From: Lingula anatina
Lineage: Eukaryota > Animalia > Brachiopoda
DNA: 64,000 nt
NCBI GenBank assembly: GCA_051362555.1
Contig: CM120645.1
Location: forward strand, 17,298,001-17,362,000
Direction: 5' to 3'
Made by a program: the position numbers and the translations under genes
The notes under the pieces: generated by a model
The model's database searches: none
Told to the model about the DNA's origin: nothing
The model's input: only the letters and a program-made list of their open reading frames with translations
Shown here: positions 59,061 through 64,000 of the stretch, piece after piece
How positions within the stretch are numbered: the stretch's first letter is position 1
Layout: the number at the start of each line of letters is the position of its first letter

Positions 59061-60433
59061 CTAAGAGTATTAAATGTTTACTATGTAATGGTATAATGCT
59101 AATACTGTACATATAACGTTTGTTGTTCTTGCGATGCTCATGTAAGAAAAAAAAACGGTAAATAATCTCTTGGAAATTGAAAATTGTACAAACGGATCTC
59201 AACCAGCCTATTTTTCTAGTGAATAAAAACTCCAGTTTTTAATTGCAAAATTTACTTCACGAGAAGCCGATTTGCTGAATATGAGTGCCGTGCATAAAAC
59301 GGAAAATAAACTTCTTTCTTGTATTAGTATTAATCTATTTTTTCACCATAATAGTTATATGATAACGAAAAAAAAAAGATTGTTTATTTTTAAATTTGGG
59401 CGCTGATTATGTCTGTATATATCACTGTCAGTCGTTGCCCAAAACATCAGTCCCTGTAACTGCCAAACCGCATTTTTGTTTTACTTAAGATTTGCCTAGT
59501 AGCTTTGTTTGGTTACAAAAAAGAATCCTTTCGAAAATCAGTATGATTGAACGTGTGACGTCTGGGTTCGCAGAATGACCAAATATAAATAATTTAATGC
59601 TAGAATAAAATTTAAATATGTAACGTTAATTTGTTGAACAAATCTCGGTTTTGCTAAGAAATGAAGGGACATGTGATTGATATATTTTTCTTTTCTAGCT
59701 TTTGCTGTTCTTTTATCAACATGTTTCATTTTATCGACCAGTTGATGCACAAGTTTATTTAAATGTTTATTTTCCTTCTTGTATATTGATGTAGGGAATA
59801 TTGTGATCTGTGTGATCTACTTTGGATTTCTTAAAACGTACATTTGATAACTGAACATGTTGCATATGTTTTTGGAATTATATATATACACACACACACG
59901 CGCCGTATAAGGTGAGCACTCCAAAAACGTTACAGACAGACAGAGAGACGGAGAATATTTGAGAAGACCTAAGACTTAATACATTTCTTCATGTTTAAAA
60001 AACACTGGCGGATTAAGGATATTTTAAGGGGTCAGATGTTGAAATTTTAAGCAATTTGAATTATTTTTGGGACTTGATTTTGCGAGTCCAGAATGGGTTT
60101 CTCTTCCTCCGGGAATGGAGTACTAGTTCCGCCATTGTTTTTGAGAAATTGAAAATAATTTTAATGCTTTATTTAGTATTATATTATCAAATATAAAACA
60201 AATGGTTTAGTTCATAATTAATGTTTCAAATTTATTTGACAAAATATGCATCAAGTAATACAGATAGCAATGATTCTGTTTTACAAAGTCAATCCTTGTA
60301 ATGATGCCAATATTCTTAAAAGACAATGTAATTCTACTGGAAGATGTTTTTGAAATAAATGATCGAATACTTAATGCAAATTTGTTTTGTTCTTAATAAA
60401 AAAAACTTTCAAATATATGCAAAATGTCTTTTT

Positions 60434-60815
60434 GCGGCTTAGTGGTGTAGTCTGGGTTCAGGGTTCGATTCCTGGCAAGGGTACTTGGAAATAAGGAAGT
60501 GGGACTTGATCTTGTTTTCGTTTTGTTACTATAAGAAGAAAGTCTACCCGGGGAGGGTGGGTGGGAACACTTAGAGGAGTAGGTAACGCGCTTGCCTCCG
60601 AGTCAGAAGGTCTCGGGTTCAATTACTGGCGCTGCTGGGTCCCAGCAAATTACCTTTTGCAAATAAAAATAATCAAAATAAGCAGTCTCAATGATTATAA
60701 GACGACCATACGACTGAGACAGCGTAAGCTGAGGCGGTAGCTCAGTGGGTAAGGCGGCGCAATGTTGGGCAGAAGGTAAGAGGCGATTGAGAACCTGTGG
60801 GTTCGATATCAGCTC
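60434..60815 (+). other. Three degenerate tRNA-like (SINE head / pseudo-tRNA) segments
   Basis: B-box-like GGTTCGATTCC (60462), GGTTCAATTAC (60616), GGTTCGATATC (60800), each with an upstream A-box-like motif (best: TAGCTCAGTGG at 60738); no complete cloverleaf seen. Confidence 0.55.
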
Positions 60816-62357
60816 AAAACACATCACTAGATGTCCGAAGAGACATTTTGCAAATTTTTGAAAAGTACAACAAACACGTTATCGTTGCCCTTGCAGCGGA
60901 AAAGAGAACTGAAAATAACTTTTTCCCTACAAAATAGCATATTCTGAAACATGGAATTCCTAAATATAAATCGACCTTAAATACAAAAAGTGCCACTTTC
61001 GCCAACGAAAACGTGTTTCATATTGTAAATCGCTGCTCGATTAATTAATCTTCATACAGAATACTGACCAGAACATAAAACGCACGGACTTTAGCCCAGA
61101 ATGAATAAACAAATTAATGATTGGCCGCATGACTATATTAAAATTCGTTGAAAAAGACACTACTTTGTTTATCTTAGAATTGATCACAAATTTCATGGAG
61201 GAACATTTACCCAAATCCAGTGGTATTAGCGATATCGAAAATTCAAAATGCATAAGACCTAATATAAATGTTACACCCTAAATTACGCACACACTCATGA
61301 CTGCCAACGTTATTCCATGTCGTCATGCTGATTACCTCACACAATACCTAAAAAGTATTATTGATTCTGGAAAGATTCATGGTTGTTTTTGCTGGTGAAT
61401 AAATGTATATATAGCCCTTATCTAGCCTTTTTTTTTCGCATCAAATCTTAAAAGACGTAATTGGGTGACTGTGAACAATTAGTTTTCTGCGTCGTGTGAA
61501 TTAAAAACAGCATGAAGACATGATCAGTTTACAACTTTATCCTAGTAATAGCCATCTTTATGGATAATATAAAGATATATGAAAAGGTTACACAAAAATA
61601 AGTTTACTCAAAAAAGTTTTTAAGTGAACAAACATTCATTCAGCAAATGCTAATAAACTAAATTCTGGTCTCCGGTGTTAAGTGATCAGTCAGCGCTCAG
61701 CAAAAATAACCCTACAGGACGTGCAGGACTCGCATCTCATCAGGACATTTGATCTTAATGACCCCTTGACCCCGACCCAATATATGGAATAAAGGAAAGA
61801 ATGACAACAAAATCAACCCTAAATAGATAAGCAAAATATTTGTTATGAATTTTTTAACATTAACATAATCATCATTATTGAGTGAATGTTTTAGTCATCC
61901 TGTAGAATATGGTTCAGGCAAAAACGTCGCCCAGTTGCTTAATTTAAGAGTTATTCGTATTTATCATCATCATCATCATTATTCTGCTTATCTCCAGGTG
62001 AATTTTTTCCTTTTAACTAGCTGGAGAGGACTGTCTACAAAATTCCATCTAGATAATTGAGAACAACCATTACACTTTTTGACACTTTGATGAGAATTTT
62101 TCGCAATTTCAGAAAGTAAAAAGTAATGGTAAAAGCCAATCATACCTTTCAATTGACAAAAGACGTAATAATAATAATTATACCTTCTGCGATTTTTTTC
62201 TTGGTGAAGATGTAAAATTTGGCCTTTGTGATATTGACAAAATGTCGTGAACAATACACAACTGGACTCTACTGAGAAATTATGATAGTCCAATTAGAAA
62301 CACTTTTCCTACTGTAATAACAAACGCATATTAACTTTGAAAAATCTCTATCCTGTC

Positions 62358-62529
62358 CAGGCAATTTCAAAAGGGGGGTTCTTTTTCTGAAAAAGTGGAC
62401 CTTTGCCCATAAAAACCTAGATCAGATCAAATACCTAGATCAAATTTTACCCAGAGTGGACCTTTTCCCAGCAAAAGGGGCGGTTCTTTATACCCCCCCC
62501 CCCCCGAACCCCCCCTGGCTACGGGCCTG
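62358..62529. mobile_element. hAT-like MITE remnant; related inverted fragment at ~51890-51962
   Basis: Ends CCCCCTGGCTACGGGCCTG; GGGAAAAGGTCC...AAAATT(T)GATCTAGGTA shared in opposite orientation with 51.9 kb. Confidence 0.5.
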
Positions 62530-64000
62530 CTGCCCTTGATTTGATTTTCGTAAAACAAACATACTGACGCCTTCCCAGTGCTGACACTATGGGACTGTCA
62601 CTGATCAGACACACAGTGGCAAAATACCGAGATCCAAAGTTAGTTTATTCTTAGCATTCGTCACGTCGCAAATTCACACTTTTAGAAAGATCATTCCAAT
62701 ACATGTGGGCAATTTTGCAATAACGAGTGCAAATTTTGCAGTTTTATAATGCTGTCATTTTTGAAGTAGTATACTTTGACACAGTATTTTCAGTTATTAA
62801 ATAGTATATTAATATTTCGTTCTCTTCTTCAAATGTATTTCCAAAGAGTTCCCTGGGTGCAATTTACGAGATGGAGCCGCGACAAAATTTAATTCTCTTT
62901 CCAAAAGTTAACTATAGTAAAATTTACATTTTAATAAAGATGAGCAATCAACCATTTTCAACTGCCGTCGTCTTATTGCAGATTTGTCCACACATAATTT
63001 TACAAGCAAACAAAGAACCAGTCGTACAAGCACAGTGCTCTACCTGGACATAAATTAGTGATAATTTTATAACAATCACTTAATCATTTTCGTTTCCATA
63101 CATCACTCAACTAAAGCACCTTTTTCATCGATATCAATTCTGTTTAAAGGGTACTCCAAAAGTGTTGTTTCCAATTCGAGAATTGATGAAACAAAGAAAT
63201 ATAAAACAAATTACAATGAAAAACATAGTGGGTTGATAGAGTTCTTATGCTACAACTCAGAAACACACACATATATATAGTATAAAACCAGCAACATACA
63301 GGGTTGACGCTTGGACTTGGTTCATATTTTCAGATCAAAGATTCTACGAATAAAAGGTTTGTTACGTGGTGTTCTTTAGCCGATTCACGTTTTGATACAA
63401 GATATTTCAATCCAATTCAAATACTACATTTCATAACAAACGTCAACCCTGCAAATTAAGTAGAAGACAAACTTCGACAAGCGAGACAATCTTGACAGGG
63501 GTGCGGGTGCTGGCGCACACAAATCTGATGCCTTTGATGGGCGTTACTTCCAGTTACCGCCTAAGCCGTAGTTACGAGTTACTGAAATTAAACGAAGAAA
63601 TTTACATTAACAGGAAGACGCCTAAGACTTTGGTAAAGTGATATACAAATAACTGTTGTAGAAATCCACTTCAGTTCTTTATACACGACGACATACTAGT
63701 CTTAAGGCAAATTAATTAGACTATTAAAGCGTATCCCTTCGTGAAGAATCTCGTGATGTTTTCAATGTAACCACACATACCATTGTTAAAACAATAAATA
63801 GAAACCGGTCGTACTAAGCAGTGTGCTTTACACTGAAGGAAATTACAAAAATTTACCGGTGCCCAGATTGCGCAAATGTGTTCAGTAAAATTTGACACAT
63901 GGAAACATTAGGGGGCAGTAAAATTTAATAAATAAATGCATTTGGCAAAACAGCTCTAGTTTACATTCATTTTACAGGATCTAGAAAAACAAAATGATAA

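Noticed and set aside
50228-64000. Short 60-100 aa ORFs downstream of the gene and in introns
   Set aside because: AT-rich, no domains, no splice-consistent chain; expected by chance.

Overview
Eukaryotic, AT-rich, intron-rich animal DNA; it looks like an invertebrate (echinoderm-like repeat content is an inference, species not determinable here). Two major features. (1) A complete, apparently very recent Ty3/Gypsy (Mag-like) LTR retrotransposon at 4399-9161: 210-bp LTRs identical by eye, AAACT target-site duplication, tRNA-Leu PBS, PPT, and one intact 1347-aa gag-pol ORF. (2) A + strand PLEKHG7-like DH-PH RhoGEF gene, reconstructed as 17 phase-consistent GT-AG coding exons (15096-50227, ~763 aa), with several candidate alternative N-terminal exon modules between 11.6 and 28.7 kb. 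The rest is intronic/intergenic sequence with MITEs (Harbinger, Kolobok-like, Tc1-like, hAT-like), a Helentron-type HINE, RTE LINE fragments, tRNA-like SINE heads and microsatellites. Most unusual signals: a 34-bp minisatellite whose ~28 units each read like a complete GT...AG mini-intron and which exactly fills an in-frame intron; an integrase whose second catalytic Asp appears displaced (DNG to GND) in an element that still seems freshly integrated; a coding exon starting with a perfect 5' splice site; and a template-switch-like rearrangement at 52.4-52.9 kb. All comparisons were made by eye; no searches were run.
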